Positions 49,522 through 59,708 of a DNA stretch of 64,000 nt are shown piece by piece. Every line of letters begins with the position of its first letter. Positions within the stretch are counted from its first letter, which is position 1. The notes under the pieces are model-generated. The model worked only from the letters and a program-made list of their open reading frames with translations. It ran no database searches and was not told the origin of the DNA. Source of the stretch: Fidelibacterota bacterium (GTDB lineage: Bacteria > Fidelibacterota > Marinisomatia > Marinisomatales > Marinisomataceae); NCBI GenBank assembly GCA_965212055.1, contig OZ243041.1:640001-704000 (forward strand), in the 5' to 3' direction. The position numbers were made by a program, and so were the translations under genes.

Positions 49522-50942
49522 TAAGCACCAAGCAAATCAAGAACCAATCTAATGACTTGTCCTGAGGCACCATCTTTCTGAGCATAACTTCTGTTTTCTA
49601 CATGAGATGCTGTTCCAGCAATATCAAAGTGCACCCAAGGAATATCTTCACGAACAAATGCTTTTAAAAATGCAGCACCAGCAATTGAACCAGCTTGCCC
49701 CGGGCTACCAAGATTCTTTACATCTGCTACTTTAGATTTAACTTGATCACAATATTCATCCCACAATGGCAATTGCCATACATGTTCACCGGTATTTTCT
49801 GAAGAAACTTTAATATTCTCGATTAATACTTCATTATTACCCATTATACCTGTTGCTATACCTCCTAGTGTAATAACTATAGCGCCCGTCAATGTTGCAA
49901 AATCGAGTATATATTCAGGATCATAGTGCTTACTAGCATATGCTAACGCATCGGCAAGGATTAACCGACCTTCAGCATCAGTATTTAAAACTTCAATTGT
50001 TTTTCCATTATAGGCAGTTAAAATATCGCCTGGTTTGACTGCAGATCCTCCAAGCATATTATGAGTTGAAGGAACAATTGCTACTACATTCATTTTTGGT
50101 TTTAATGCTGCAATAGCATTCATTGCTCCGAGAACAACTGCTGAACCACACATATCAAATTTCATCTCATCCATACGTAAACCTGGTTTTAATGAAATTC
50201 CTCCAGTATCAAAGGTTAGTCCCTTACCAACAAGTAGCACCGGTTTATCTTTTTTGGATCCGCCAAAATATTCCATAATAATAAATTTTGGTGGTTCATT
50301 TGTACCTAGGGCTACTCCAGCAAAAGATCCCATACCCATTTTGGTAAATTCGTCTCTATCAAATATGGTTATTTTCATGTTGCCTTTTTTGCCAACTTCT
50401 TTGGCAAAATTAGCTAAACGAGTAGGAGTTGTTACATTGCCAGGATGATTTCCTAAATCTCTAGAATCACATACAGCATTTGCAATTATTACTCCCTTCT
50501 TGGATGCATTTTTATTGCATGTTCCTACCATAGTGATATTCTTTAAATAGTAATTTGCTCTTTCGTCAGAAAAATAATCAAGAAAACGATAGCTTGATAA
50601 AATAAGTCCCTCTGTAAATGCTTGACAATTGTATGCTTCCATACCTCCAGTTGGACATTCAACTGCTAAAGAACCATACTTTTTATCGATAACAAAATTA
50701 ACGACAGAACCAGCTGCTCTTCTGAAATTCTCTGCAGTTGCTTCTTTTTTCTTTCCTAATCCAAAAAATAAAGTTTTTTCTTTTTCATTAAATGAAAATG
50801 CTAAATCCCCAACTTTTCCTTTCATTTGACCGCTAGTAATTGTCCAGTGTTTCTTGTCGTCTTCAAAAATTCCTTTTGCAACTACATCTGATTTAATGCT
50901 TTTTAAATTTTCTTTATAATGTAATTTATTAATATGTGCCAT
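49521..50942 (-). CDS. pepA: Leucyl aminopeptidase (M17)
   Basis: VGKGLTFDTGG, MKFDMCG, NTDAEGRL, HFDIAG. Confidence 0.95.
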   Translation of the reverse strand: MAHINKLHYKENLKSIKSDVVAKGIFEDDKKHWTITSGQMKGKVGDLAFSFNEKEKTLFFGLGKKKEATAENFRRAAGSVVNFVIDKKYGSLAVECPTGGMEAYNCQAFTEGLILSSYRFLDYFSDERANYYLKNITMVGTCNKNASKKGVIIANAVCDSRDLGNHPGNVTTPTRLANFAKEVGKKGNMKITIFDRDEFTKMGMGSFAGVALGTNEPPKFIIMEYFGGSKKDKPVLLVGKGLTFDTGGISLKPGLRMDEMKFDMCGSAVVLGAMNAIAALKPKMNVVAIVPSTHNMLGGSAVKPGDILTAYNGKTIEVLNTDAEGRLILADALAYASKHYDPEYILDFATLTGAIVITLGGIATGIMGNNEVLIENIKVSSENTGEHVWQLPLWDEYCDQVKSKVADVKNLGSPGQAGSIAGAAFLKAFVREDIPWVHFDIAGTASHVENRSYAQKDGASGQVIRLVLDLLGA

Positions 50943-50951
50943 TCTTTCTCC

Positions 50952-51347
50952 CTATTCACAATTCAAATTATGATTAAACTTAACTAATTTTCCTTCATCA
51001 TCTCTAATGACAGCAACAAAAGTAATGTTGGCTGTACATGCTAATCTTTTACCATGATCTTTGCTCTCAGCAAAAGCCTTAATCTCTATTTCAAGAGATG
51101 AACTTCCTGTTCTTATAACTTTGGATTCACAATTTACCCAATCTCCCAGAAAAACAGGTTCTTTAAATTCTACTTTATCCATCGCACGAGTAACTACACC
51201 CCATGCATCTGTTTGTTTTAAAAAATCATTGGCAGCTTTTACGCCGGCAAGATCTAGCCATGCCAACATATTTCCACCAAACAAAGTACCAGCTGTGTTG
51301 ATATGTTGTGTTTGAACCAGCTCTGAGTATTCTGATATTTTACTCAC
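50952..51347 (-). CDS. Hotdog-fold acyl-CoA thioesterase (YciA-like)
   Basis: N..GTLFGG.ML.W.D; F.EPV. GTG start. Confidence 0.88.
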   Translation of the reverse strand: MSKISEYSELVQTQHINTAGTLFGGNMLAWLDLAGVKAANDFLKQTDAWGVVTRAMDKVEFKEPVFLGDWVNCESKVIRTGSSSLEIEIKAFAESKDHGKRLACTANITFVAVIRDDEGKLVKFNHNLNCE

Positions 51348-51409
51348 GGTATTAATTTAAAAAAATTTTCTGTTTTAGCATCAGTTATTTATAAAAAAAA
51401 CAACAACTA

Positions 51410-52996
51410 TTATTGCAGAATCATATCAGAAGCTTTCTCAGCTATCATAATTGTAGGAGCATTGGTGTTACCACGGGTTACATTAGGCATAACCGATGCA
51501 TCAACCACACGCAACTTTTTAATACCATGTACACGCAATTGTGAATCAACTACTGCCATATTATCTGTTCCCATTTTACAAGTACTGGTAGGATGATAAA
51601 CAGTTTCTGCAGTTTCTCGGATATAATCTTCAATCGCTTTATCATCAGTTAATGGCTGTTCTGGCATAAAATAGTCAGAGCGATAAGCTTTGAAAGCATC
51701 AGATAAACCAAGTTTTTCTGCAGTTTTATATCCAGCAATAGATCTTCTCATATCATCATCAGTGCTTAAGTAATTGTGATCAATACTTGGGCTCACCCGA
51801 AAATCTGAGGATGACAACTTTACTGAACCTTTACTAGTAGGATTCAAAACTAATCCACCAATTGAATATCCATTTCCTTTTTTAGGATTATCAAAACCAT
51901 GGTTTACAAAATAACAAGGTCCAAAATGAAACTGTATATCAACAGTAGGTTGATCTGCTGAAGACTTTATAAAACCACCTGCTTCTCCAATATTGCTAGT
52001 AAATGGCCCTTTCTTTGATAAAAGATATTGAAATAAATATTTTAATATTTTTGGGAATCTTTCTGCAGAATCTAAAGATCCTTTATAGCTAGAATTAAAG
52101 ATACTGGAAGATGTTAAATGATCTTGGAGATTCTTTCCTACTCCAGGTAAATGTTCTTTTACTGGAATTTTATGTTTTTGTAATTCTTGGCCATCACCAA
52201 TTCCAGATAGCATTAAAATTTGGGGACTATTATATGCTCCTGCACTTAAAATTACTTCTTTATTAACCACCACTTCACATGCTTTCCCTTTCTGATGATA
52301 AATCACTCCAGTAACACAATTATCTTCAATTACAATACGTTCTACTTGTGCATTGGCTTCAATAGTTAAATTTTTACGCTTGCTTGCAGGATGAAGATAA
52401 GCCCTAGCTGTACTACAGCGTGCGCCATCCTTATGGGTTACTTGATAAAGGCCAAATCCTTCCTGTTTGGTCCCATTAAAATCGGAATTGAATTTATAAC
52501 CTAATTCTTGTGCAGCTTTCACAAATACATCAGATAAAGGATTTGTATAAATACGATTAGTTACATTCAAAGGCCCACCTTGACTATGATATTCATCATT
52601 AATCGCTTCTTGATTCTCTGACTTCTTGAAATATGGTAATACCTCATCGTATGACCACCCTTCGTTACCAAGTGCGCTCCATTCATTATAATCATGTTTA
52701 CTTCCACGGATATAAATCATGGCATTAATACTACTAGATCCTCCCAAAGTTTTTCCTCGAGGAAGATATAATTCTCGATTTTTCATATTTTTTTGAGGGG
52801 TGGTAGCATAATCGTAATCAAATTTGGTCTTATAAAGTTTTGAAAATTGAGCAGGAATTTGAATATTGAGTGCTTTATCATTAGAACCAGATTCTAAAAT
52901 TAATACACTATTTTGACCATTAGCACTTAATCGGTTGGCCAATACGCAACCGGCAGAACCAGCACCAATAATTACGAAATCATAACTGTTTTTCAT
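51410..52996 (-). CDS. GMC oxidoreductase (choline/alcohol dehydrogenase-like)
   Basis: GAGSAG, RGKTLGGSSSINAM, VGKNLQDH, YHPTSTC, GNTNAPTIMIAEK. Confidence 0.92.
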   Translation of the reverse strand: MKNSYDFVIIGAGSAGCVLANRLSANGQNSVLILESGSNDKALNIQIPAQFSKLYKTKFDYDYATTPQKNMKNRELYLPRGKTLGGSSSINAMIYIRGSKHDYNEWSALGNEGWSYDEVLPYFKKSENQEAINDEYHSQGGPLNVTNRIYTNPLSDVFVKAAQELGYKFNSDFNGTKQEGFGLYQVTHKDGARCSTARAYLHPASKRKNLTIEANAQVERIVIEDNCVTGVIYHQKGKACEVVVNKEVILSAGAYNSPQILMLSGIGDGQELQKHKIPVKEHLPGVGKNLQDHLTSSSIFNSSYKGSLDSAERFPKILKYLFQYLLSKKGPFTSNIGEAGGFIKSSADQPTVDIQFHFGPCYFVNHGFDNPKKGNGYSIGGLVLNPTSKGSVKLSSSDFRVSPSIDHNYLSTDDDMRRSIAGYKTAEKLGLSDAFKAYRSDYFMPEQPLTDDKAIEDYIRETAETVYHPTSTCKMGTDNMAVVDSQLRVHGIKKLRVVDASVMPNVTRGNTNAPTIMIAEKASDMILQ

Positions 52997-53042
52997 ATTA
53001 AATGCTCCAAGATAAATCTACACAGAAAGTAAAAAAGAAAAA

Positions 53043-54431
53043 TTATAAATATTCTTTAGCAATTTTTTCACCCTCAGAAATATTAACTTTTGAAAGTACG
53101 AAAGCACCAAGAATGAACAGTATAAGAATAGATTGTAATCCAATACGAGCTGACAATACTTGATCTTTCTCTATTGATATAAAAGGAAATTCAGTATTCT
53201 GAATAAAATCTACAGGCATACTATTACTCAAGATTAAGGTCACTGATCCCATCAATAATGGACCCACAACAGCGGCAAATTTACCCCACATATTAAAAAA
53301 TCCAAAAAATTCAGCAGATTTATCCTCAGGAATAATGCGAGCATAAAAACTTCTACTAAGTGTTTGAATTCCTCCCTGGAAACAACCAATCATACCTGCA
53401 ATGACATAGAAATGCCATGCTTCAGTAACAAAATATCCAGAAATAATAATAATCATGTACGCAGCAATTGCAAAATAGATTGCATTCTTAATTCCTATTT
53501 TATCCGAAAATTTTACATAAAGTAAGGTTGCAAAAAATGCTATGAATTGAACCAATACAAGAGCTCCCATAATTGTTGTACTATCAAAACCAATTGTAAT
53601 TCCAAAATCAGCTGCCATTCTTACTGTAGTATCTACACCGTCAATATAAAGCCAGTATGCAATCAAAAATGTAAAGACAACTTTAAGATGTCGTATCTCA
53701 TTAAAAGTATTTTTTAACTGTTTAAAACCAGATTTAATAGTTTGAAGAGTAGTTTCAGTTTTGTGATATTTTGGTTCTTTAACAAATAATAGAATTGGAA
53801 TAGAAAATATTGCCCACCACAATGCAACACTTATAAAAGACCATTTAATTCCTCTTACAGTATCAGTTCCTATTGATACAAAAGGAAATTCAGTACTTTG
53901 AAAAAATCCTATAAAACCAAAAATATTTACAGAATATGGTTCTGTAATCATAAGAAAATTGATTACAATCAGAATACCTCCACCGATATAACCTAGAGCG
54001 TATCCTAAACCAGAGACATAGTCGACATTGTGGTTTTTACTTACAGCTGGTAAAAGCGAATCATAAAATGTATTTGCACCTGAAAATCCAATTGTAGCAA
54101 TAACATAGATTAGAAGTGCAAGCTGCCACATTCCTTGACTAATAAGGGAAAGTCCAGCCGTCATAAGAATGCCCAGAAAAGCAAAAAATACTAGAAATCT
54201 TTTTTTATAAGTTCCCCTATCAGCAATTGCTCCTAAAATAGGAGCCAATAAAACAACAACAATAGATGCAACTGAATTTGCTATTCCTAGATAAAAAGTG
54301 CTTTCTGATAGGTTCTCTGGATTAGACCAATATTGTGCGAAAAAAATTGGGAAAAATCCTGCCATAACTGTAGTTGCAAAAGCAGAGTTAGCCCAATCAT
54401 ATAATGCCCAGCTATAGATACTTTTTTTCAC
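53043..54431 (-). CDS. MFS transporter, UMF1/Atg22-like family
   Basis: SWALYDWANSAF, YDSLLP, SG.GYA.GY.GG, Q.LSRS; about 12 TMs. GTG start. Confidence 0.9.
   Translation of the reverse strand: MKKSIYSWALYDWANSAFATTVMAGFFPIFFAQYWSNPENLSESTFYLGIANSVASIVVVLLAPILGAIADRGTYKKRFLVFFAFLGILMTAGLSLISQGMWQLALLIYVIATIGFSGANTFYDSLLPAVSKNHNVDYVSGLGYALGYIGGGILIVINFLMITEPYSVNIFGFIGFFQSTEFPFVSIGTDTVRGIKWSFISVALWWAIFSIPILLFVKEPKYHKTETTLQTIKSGFKQLKNTFNEIRHLKVVFTFLIAYWLYIDGVDTTVRMAADFGITIGFDSTTIMGALVLVQFIAFFATLLYVKFSDKIGIKNAIYFAIAAYMIIIISGYFVTEAWHFYVIAGMIGCFQGGIQTLSRSFYARIIPEDKSAEFFGFFNMWGKFAAVVGPLLMGSVTLILSNSMPVDFIQNTEFPFISIEKDQVLSARIGLQSILILFILGAFVLSKVNISEGEKIAKEYL
53171..53902 (-). repeat. Dispersed in-frame direct repeat, two ~33-nt copies in the MFS gene
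   Basis: ctattgatataaaaggaaattcagtattctgaa (53171-53203) versus ctattgatacaaaaggaaattcagtactttgaa (53870-53902): 30/33 identical. Confidence 0.8.
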
Positions 54432-54433
54432 CG

Positions 54434-55747
54434 TTATCCCTTCCTGATAGACAACTTAAGAGTTATCCCTTTGAAATCAAAAGACTCCCTCAATGCATTA
54501 TGAAGATATCGTTTATAAGGCACCGAAATCAACTTTGGATAATTACAGAAAAAAGCAAATAAAGGCGGTGAAATTTGGACTTCATCAATAAATTTTATCT
54601 TTATTGATTTGCCTTGTAATGCTGGCGGTGGATATTTTTGTACTGTTTTTGCCAACCAATTATTTAATTCCTTAGTATTAATTTTTTCTTTGTGCTTATT
54701 AAACACCTCCCACGCTTCAGACAAGATATTCGAAATACGTCTTTTTGTAAGTGCAGAAACAAACAAGATAGGATAGTATTCTAAGAGACGAAAAGAATCA
54801 AACATATCCAACATAAATGAATCTGCTAAAATATCTTTTTTTGAAGTCAAATCCCACTTATTAACAAGAATAATCATCGATTTTCCTTTTTTAATAATTT
54901 GGCTTGCAATTGTTTTATCTTGTTTTGTAAATCCTTTTTCAGCATCAATGACGAACAATACAACATCAGATCTCATTAAAGAATCGATTGCTCTTAATGA
55001 GCTATAAAATTCGATATCAGTATCAACTTTACTTTTTTTACGCAATCCTGCTGTATCAACAATCTTTACTGTTTTTCCATGCCACTGAATGTTGGTATCA
55101 ATTGAATCACGAGTAGTACCAGCAACCTCTGAAACAATGGCCTGTTCTTTTTGAATAATGCTATTAAGCAGAGATGATTTCCCAACATTGGGCATACCTA
55201 CTATAGATATAGAAAAAGATTCATTTGTATCAACTGCTTTAGAAGAATCAGATTCATCTAACAAAATATCTAGAACATCACCAACTCCTGAACCATTAAG
55301 AGCTGAGATACCAATTGGATCATCTAATCCAAGATCAAAAAAAGAGATTGTATTATTTTTGAGTTGTTCTGGAGTATCGCACTTATTTACGGCCAAAACA
55401 TATTTTTTGTCTGATTGTCTAACAATTTTTTCCAAATGTTGATCATTTGGATTTAATCCATCTTTTCCATCAACAAGAAAAATAATAGAATCACACTCTT
55501 TTACCGCTTCTACAATCTGTTCTCTAATTTTCTCACTAAAGCTATCTTCATCTGAATCGACAAAACCACCCGTATCTATAACATCAAATTTTTTATCTAA
55601 CCATTCGCCTGATGCATAAATTCTATCACGTGTAACTCCTGCTGTTGGGTTAACAATAGATGTTCTTTTTCCGCACAATTTGTTAAAAAGTGTCGACTTT
55701 CCAACGTTAGGACGTCCGATAATAACAATCTTTAGTTTTTTGCTCAT
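54434..55747 (-). CDS. der: Ribosome biogenesis GTPase Der
   Basis: Two G domains (GRPNVGKS, GVTRD; GMPNVGKS, GTTRD) plus KH-like C-terminus. Confidence 0.96.
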   Translation of the reverse strand: MSKKLKIVIIGRPNVGKSTLFNKLCGKRTSIVNPTAGVTRDRIYASGEWLDKKFDVIDTGGFVDSDEDSFSEKIREQIVEAVKECDSIIFLVDGKDGLNPNDQHLEKIVRQSDKKYVLAVNKCDTPEQLKNNTISFFDLGLDDPIGISALNGSGVGDVLDILLDESDSSKAVDTNESFSISIVGMPNVGKSSLLNSIIQKEQAIVSEVAGTTRDSIDTNIQWHGKTVKIVDTAGLRKKSKVDTDIEFYSSLRAIDSLMRSDVVLFVIDAEKGFTKQDKTIASQIIKKGKSMIILVNKWDLTSKKDILADSFMLDMFDSFRLLEYYPILFVSALTKRRISNILSEAWEVFNKHKEKINTKELNNWLAKTVQKYPPPALQGKSIKIKFIDEVQISPPLFAFFCNYPKLISVPYKRYLHNALRESFDFKGITLKLSIRKG

Positions 55748-55790
55748 TTCGATGGATTATACAACTAAGCGGATTTTGGTGCTATAAAAT

Positions 55791-56213
55791 TTATTTGGAA
55801 AGAGAAAACAACAAATCTATCCAAAGGATTAAAGAAACTAGCCATGCAATTCCAAAAAAAGATGCTCTTCGAAGGACTACAGGATTTATTTCTCTAACAG
55901 CAAAATGAATGGCTCTTGCAACAACATATATCCAAGCCATGATAATGGTAAATTGAGTTACGTGATTTGTTACAAATGCTAAAATACAATACAAATAAAA
56001 AAATAATGGTGCTTGATGTAAATTTTTATAATGCTCTCTAGAAGATTGTACTTTTTTAGGAACTTCTTTCCATGGAAACATATACTTCATCCATCGAGGA
56101 TCCATTTCTTTATCTTTAATTGCTTGAATAACAGTATTTCGATTAAGATAAGCTTGAAAATACGTTAAAAATACAAGAGGAAAGATTGGAAACAGTATTT
56201 GTACTGATTCCAT
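55791..56213 (-). CDS. MAPEG-family membrane protein
   Basis: Y.NL.Q.PLFFY; AWIYVVARAIH. Confidence 0.8.
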   Translation of the reverse strand: MESVQILFPIFPLVFLTYFQAYLNRNTVIQAIKDKEMDPRWMKYMFPWKEVPKKVQSSREHYKNLHQAPLFFYLYCILAFVTNHVTQFTIIMAWIYVVARAIHFAVREINPVVLRRASFFGIAWLVSLILWIDLLFSLSK

Positions 56214-57209
56214 TTATTGACCCAAATAAACTCGGAGAGGTTCACTACGTGTTTTATGCGCAAGACGTCTTATTGCTTTCTCTTTAATTTGACGCACACG
56301 TTCACGTGTTAGACTAAATTGTTCACCAATCTCATTTAGTGTAAAAGATCGATCTCGATTAATGCCAAAATACATCTCAATCACAGAACGTTCTCTATCT
56401 GTTAGAGTGCTTAAAGCAGATGCAATTTCTTCCTTCATAGAAGTATCCATTACTTTGTTATCAGGATCTTTTTCTTGCTCATCCTCAATAACATTAATAA
56501 GCGAACTGTCTTCTCCATCAGAGAACGGTGCATCTAATGAACTATGTCTTCTCGAATACTGTAGAGCATTGAATACTTCATTGGTTCCAATATCAAGCTG
56601 ATGACTAATTTCTTCAACTTTTGGTTGTCTACCAATCTCTGCTTCTAATTTTTCAGCTGCTTTGGTAATCTTTGTAATTGTACCTACACGATTTAAAGGC
56701 AATCTAATTAATCGTCCTTGTTCAGCAAGTGCTTGTAAGATAGCTTGTCTAATCCACCATACTGCATATGAAATAAATTTAAAACCTCTTGATGGATCAA
56801 AACGTTTTGCGGCCTTAATCAATCCTAAATTTCCTTCATTGATAATGTCAGAAAGAGATAACCCATTTCCTTGGTATTTTTTTGCAACAGAAACAACAAA
56901 TCTTAGGTTTGCTTCAACCAATTCTTTCATTGCTGCTTTATCGCCTTTTTCTATTCGAACTGCAAGTTCTACTTCTCTTTCTGGTGGCAAAGGTTCATAT
57001 TGAGAGATTTCTGACAAATACATGCTAATAGTCCCGCTAGCAACCTTTGATCGTCTAATTTTTTCGTTAGCACGTTCCTTTGCAGCCTTTACCTTGTCTT
57101 CTGCTGACAGCTCTACTTCAATCTCTGTTGCAAGCGTATCGGCATCAGTTCCTTCGATACTATTTAGCTCTTTTTCTAATTGTTTTTTGGAAAGTTTTTT
57201 TGCACTCAA
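56214..57209 (-). CDS. rpoD: RNA polymerase sigma70 factor RpoD/SigA (short FCB-type)
   Basis: YLSEI, ANLRFVVSVAKKY, KFISYAVWWIRQAI, LTRERVRQIKEKA. TTG start with GAGGA RBS. Confidence 0.92.
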   Translation of the reverse strand: MSAKKLSKKQLEKELNSIEGTDADTLATEIEVELSAEDKVKAAKERANEKIRRSKVASGTISMYLSEISQYEPLPPEREVELAVRIEKGDKAAMKELVEANLRFVVSVAKKYQGNGLSLSDIINEGNLGLIKAAKRFDPSRGFKFISYAVWWIRQAILQALAEQGRLIRLPLNRVGTITKITKAAEKLEAEIGRQPKVEEISHQLDIGTNEVFNALQYSRRHSSLDAPFSDGEDSSLINVIEDEQEKDPDNKVMDTSMKEEIASALSTLTDRERSVIEMYFGINRDRSFTLNEIGEQFSLTRERVRQIKEKAIRRLAHKTRSEPLRVYLGQ

Positions 57210-57323
57210 CTGATCATTCCTCTTTGAAAAAATATTGATCTTATCACGACTGAGAATTTACAAAATTATTTATATTTTCCAAGCCATTTATATATGATTC
57301 AATTATTACTAAAAAGTAAAAAA

Positions 57324-58166
57324 TTATTTTTTGAAACTAGAAATAGCGTCTTTAAGATCGACAAATTTAAATTGATACCCACTTTCAAGAGTATGTTTTG
57401 GGATAGTTTCATAACCATATTCCAACATTTCAGTCATTGGAATAATATTTCTAAGAAAAGAAATTGGTATAACTATAGAATTAAAATCTTGATGAGTAAT
57501 AGGATTGGGTGAAACCAAATTAAATGGTCCTTTTATATCATGTGTCATTGAGAATTCAATAAAACCAACTACATCATCAATATGAATCCAAGGAAAAAAA
57601 TGATTCTTAGCACCTAGATGAGGAACAAATCTTACAAGATTATAGAATTCTTTTGTTAAAACAACACCAATACGCAAATTTATAACGCGTATTCCTTCTT
57701 TTGTAAAAATATCACATGATTCTTCGTTTAGTTTACATACATCTGCCAGAAAAGTATCTCCATTAGGAGAAAATTCATCAACAGATTCACTATAGACTGC
57801 ATCTTTTCTAGCATAAAAACCTACTGCAGAAGCATTGATAAGCATTTGAGGTTTAATATGATTCATTTCAAGAAAATTCTTTAAATCTTTTGTAATATCT
57901 ACTCTGCTAGACTTGATTCTTTTCTTAATTTTCTTAGTCCAAATCTGCATCACAGATTCTCCGCTCAATTTTATAACAATATTAATATCTTTTAATAAAT
58001 CAGAATTATTTGTATTCCAATCAACTAAAGAAACATTCTCATCAAACTTTTTAGAATATTTTTTTGGATTTCTTGATAAAAGAACTATATGATGATCTTT
58101 TTTTGATAATGATTCGACTAATTTTGTACCAATAGTCCCCGTACCGCCAACAATGAGAATGTTCAC
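57324..58166 (-). CDS. TIGR01777-family NAD-dependent epimerase (YfcH-like)
   Basis: GGTGTIG, SRVDIT, ASAVGFY, PWIHIDD, GPFNLVSP, GYQFKF. Confidence 0.88.
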   Translation of the reverse strand: MNILIVGGTGTIGTKLVESLSKKDHHIVLLSRNPKKYSKKFDENVSLVDWNTNNSDLLKDINIVIKLSGESVMQIWTKKIKKRIKSSRVDITKDLKNFLEMNHIKPQMLINASAVGFYARKDAVYSESVDEFSPNGDTFLADVCKLNEESCDIFTKEGIRVINLRIGVVLTKEFYNLVRFVPHLGAKNHFFPWIHIDDVVGFIEFSMTHDIKGPFNLVSPNPITHQDFNSIVIPISFLRNIIPMTEMLEYGYETIPKHTLESGYQFKFVDLKDAISSFKK

Positions 58167-58906
58167 TTCTTGGAAAGACTACCTACAACAGCTTTGACTT
58201 TTGCTTGTGTTTCGCTACTGAACCAATTATCAATTAATATCTCATAATCAAAATTCGTATCATGCATTAAAGATTGCTTTAACCTAACAAATGGCTCTCC
58301 AGCATCTATATAAAATTTTGCCAATTCTTTTGCTTTTTTCAGAGCTTGAGATGTGGCTCTCTTTTTGCCTGTTAACCGATGTCCAATTAATTCATTAATA
58401 AGACCTTTTTTGTGAGCTTGCGAAGGAGTATACATTTTACATTGTGTTGCAACTTCAAAAAGGTTATCCCTGCTAATTGAATGAGATATAATGGATAACA
58501 TATCTGGAGGCAAATCAATACCTATATACATTTCATTAAGACCCATTCTATGTGTTCCATGTATTCCATAGCGATAGTCAGATGCTAGTGCTAACAAACA
58601 CCCTCCAGCAATAGCGTGACCGCCAACTATGCTAATCACCGGCCCAGGGAATTCTCTGCATGCCGTAAAAAGATCTCCAAGAGTACCAAAAATAAGAGAA
58701 ACTTCCTTTCGTTCTTTCGCACTCATTAAATCTTTTAGATTCAGACCAGCGCTAAATACTTTTTCATTGCCAAGAATAATAACAGCCTTGCATTCATTAT
58801 AATTTAATTCTTTGATAATTTTTTTTACTCTGTCAACGCTTAAAAGATTTGGGCCTTTATCCCCCATTCGAATAATTTTAATTTCATTTTCTACTGTAAC
58901 ATTCAT
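58163..58906 (-). CDS. Enoyl-CoA hydratase/isomerase (delta-isomerase-like)
   Basis: FSAGLNL, GHAIAGGC, MGLNE. Confidence 0.88.
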   Translation of the reverse strand: MNVTVENEIKIIRMGDKGPNLLSVDRVKKIIKELNYNECKAVIILGNEKVFSAGLNLKDLMSAKERKEVSLIFGTLGDLFTACREFPGPVISIVGGHAIAGGCLLALASDYRYGIHGTHRMGLNEMYIGIDLPPDMLSIISHSISRDNLFEVATQCKMYTPSQAHKKGLINELIGHRLTGKKRATSQALKKAKELAKFYIDAGEPFVRLKQSLMHDTNFDYEILIDNWFSSETQAKVKAVVGSLSKK

Positions 58907-58917
58907 TTTAATATCCT

Positions 58918-59322
58918 TTATTCCATTTGTTCTCTAATAACATCAAATACCGGAACAGTCTTTTGAGCAACATAATCAAAGCAAACCAAGGTAGTAATGC
59001 ATTTAACTGCACAATCAGTTTCACCCTTTAAAAATAAACCATATTCATAATCAAAACTCTTATTGCCTATTCTCGAAACTTTAATCCCTATATCTACTTC
59101 TTTCGGATGCTTGACTTGTTTATAAAAATCTAATTTCATTGATGCAACAATAAATGGAAAAGAATTTTTATTATAAGCATCTAACCCTAAATCTTTCGCA
59201 TGACGTATTCTAGCATCTTCAAAATAAGCTACAACTGTTCCATGGTTAAGATGTCCCAACATATCTTCATCATACCATCGGGTTTCTAGATCATAAAAAG
59301 TTTTAAATTGTTCTCGTGTCAT
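58918..59322 (-). CDS. 4HBT/YbgC-like acyl-CoA thioesterase
   Basis: RWYDEDMLGHLNH...YFEDAR; IGNKSF. Confidence 0.88.
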   Translation of the reverse strand: MTREQFKTFYDLETRWYDEDMLGHLNHGTVVAYFEDARIRHAKDLGLDAYNKNSFPFIVASMKLDFYKQVKHPKEVDIGIKVSRIGNKSFDYEYGLFLKGETDCAVKCITTLVCFDYVAQKTVPVFDVIREQME

Positions 59323-59708
59323 TATTTAATTAAGAATTGTGAATTTTCATTAGGAAAAATACATTTTTCTTTTTTTCCAAACCAGCTATATCTTTTCCTT
59401 GAGACCAAATTGTATAGTTTATCTGCTAAAAATCTTGGAATAATAAATCTCAAATATTGCAAGGGATGATTTAAAAATTTTAAGATTATAAATGCCGCTT
59501 CCGATTTTTTGAAAACTAAATCACCTTGTTTTACAATAACAGTATCGATATCTGAGATTTCATCTATATTGAGGGTTCTTTTGGCATAATTAGATTGCAA
59601 GGGACTATACTGAATTTTCTTTTCATGATCGTGTCTTATAGAAAAATCAACAAGATTAGAACACAAAAAACAAATTCCATCGTAGTATATAACTAATTGA
59701 TGTTTCAT
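59322..59708 (-). CDS. DCC1-like thiol-disulfide oxidoreductase (DUF393)
   Basis: YDGICFLC (DxxCxxC), LQS, D.LY..V.R.RY.WFG. Confidence 0.88.
   Translation of the reverse strand: MKHQLVIYYDGICFLCSNLVDFSIRHDHEKKIQYSPLQSNYAKRTLNIDEISDIDTVIVKQGDLVFKKSEAAFIILKFLNHPLQYLRFIIPRFLADKLYNLVSRKRYSWFGKKEKCIFPNENSQFLIK

Noticed and set aside
57206..57217. Mini-ORF ATG ATC AGT TGA overlapping the rpoD TTG start
   Set aside because: The ATG directly abuts the GAGGA SD with no spacing, so initiation there is unlikely; the SD fits the TTG better.
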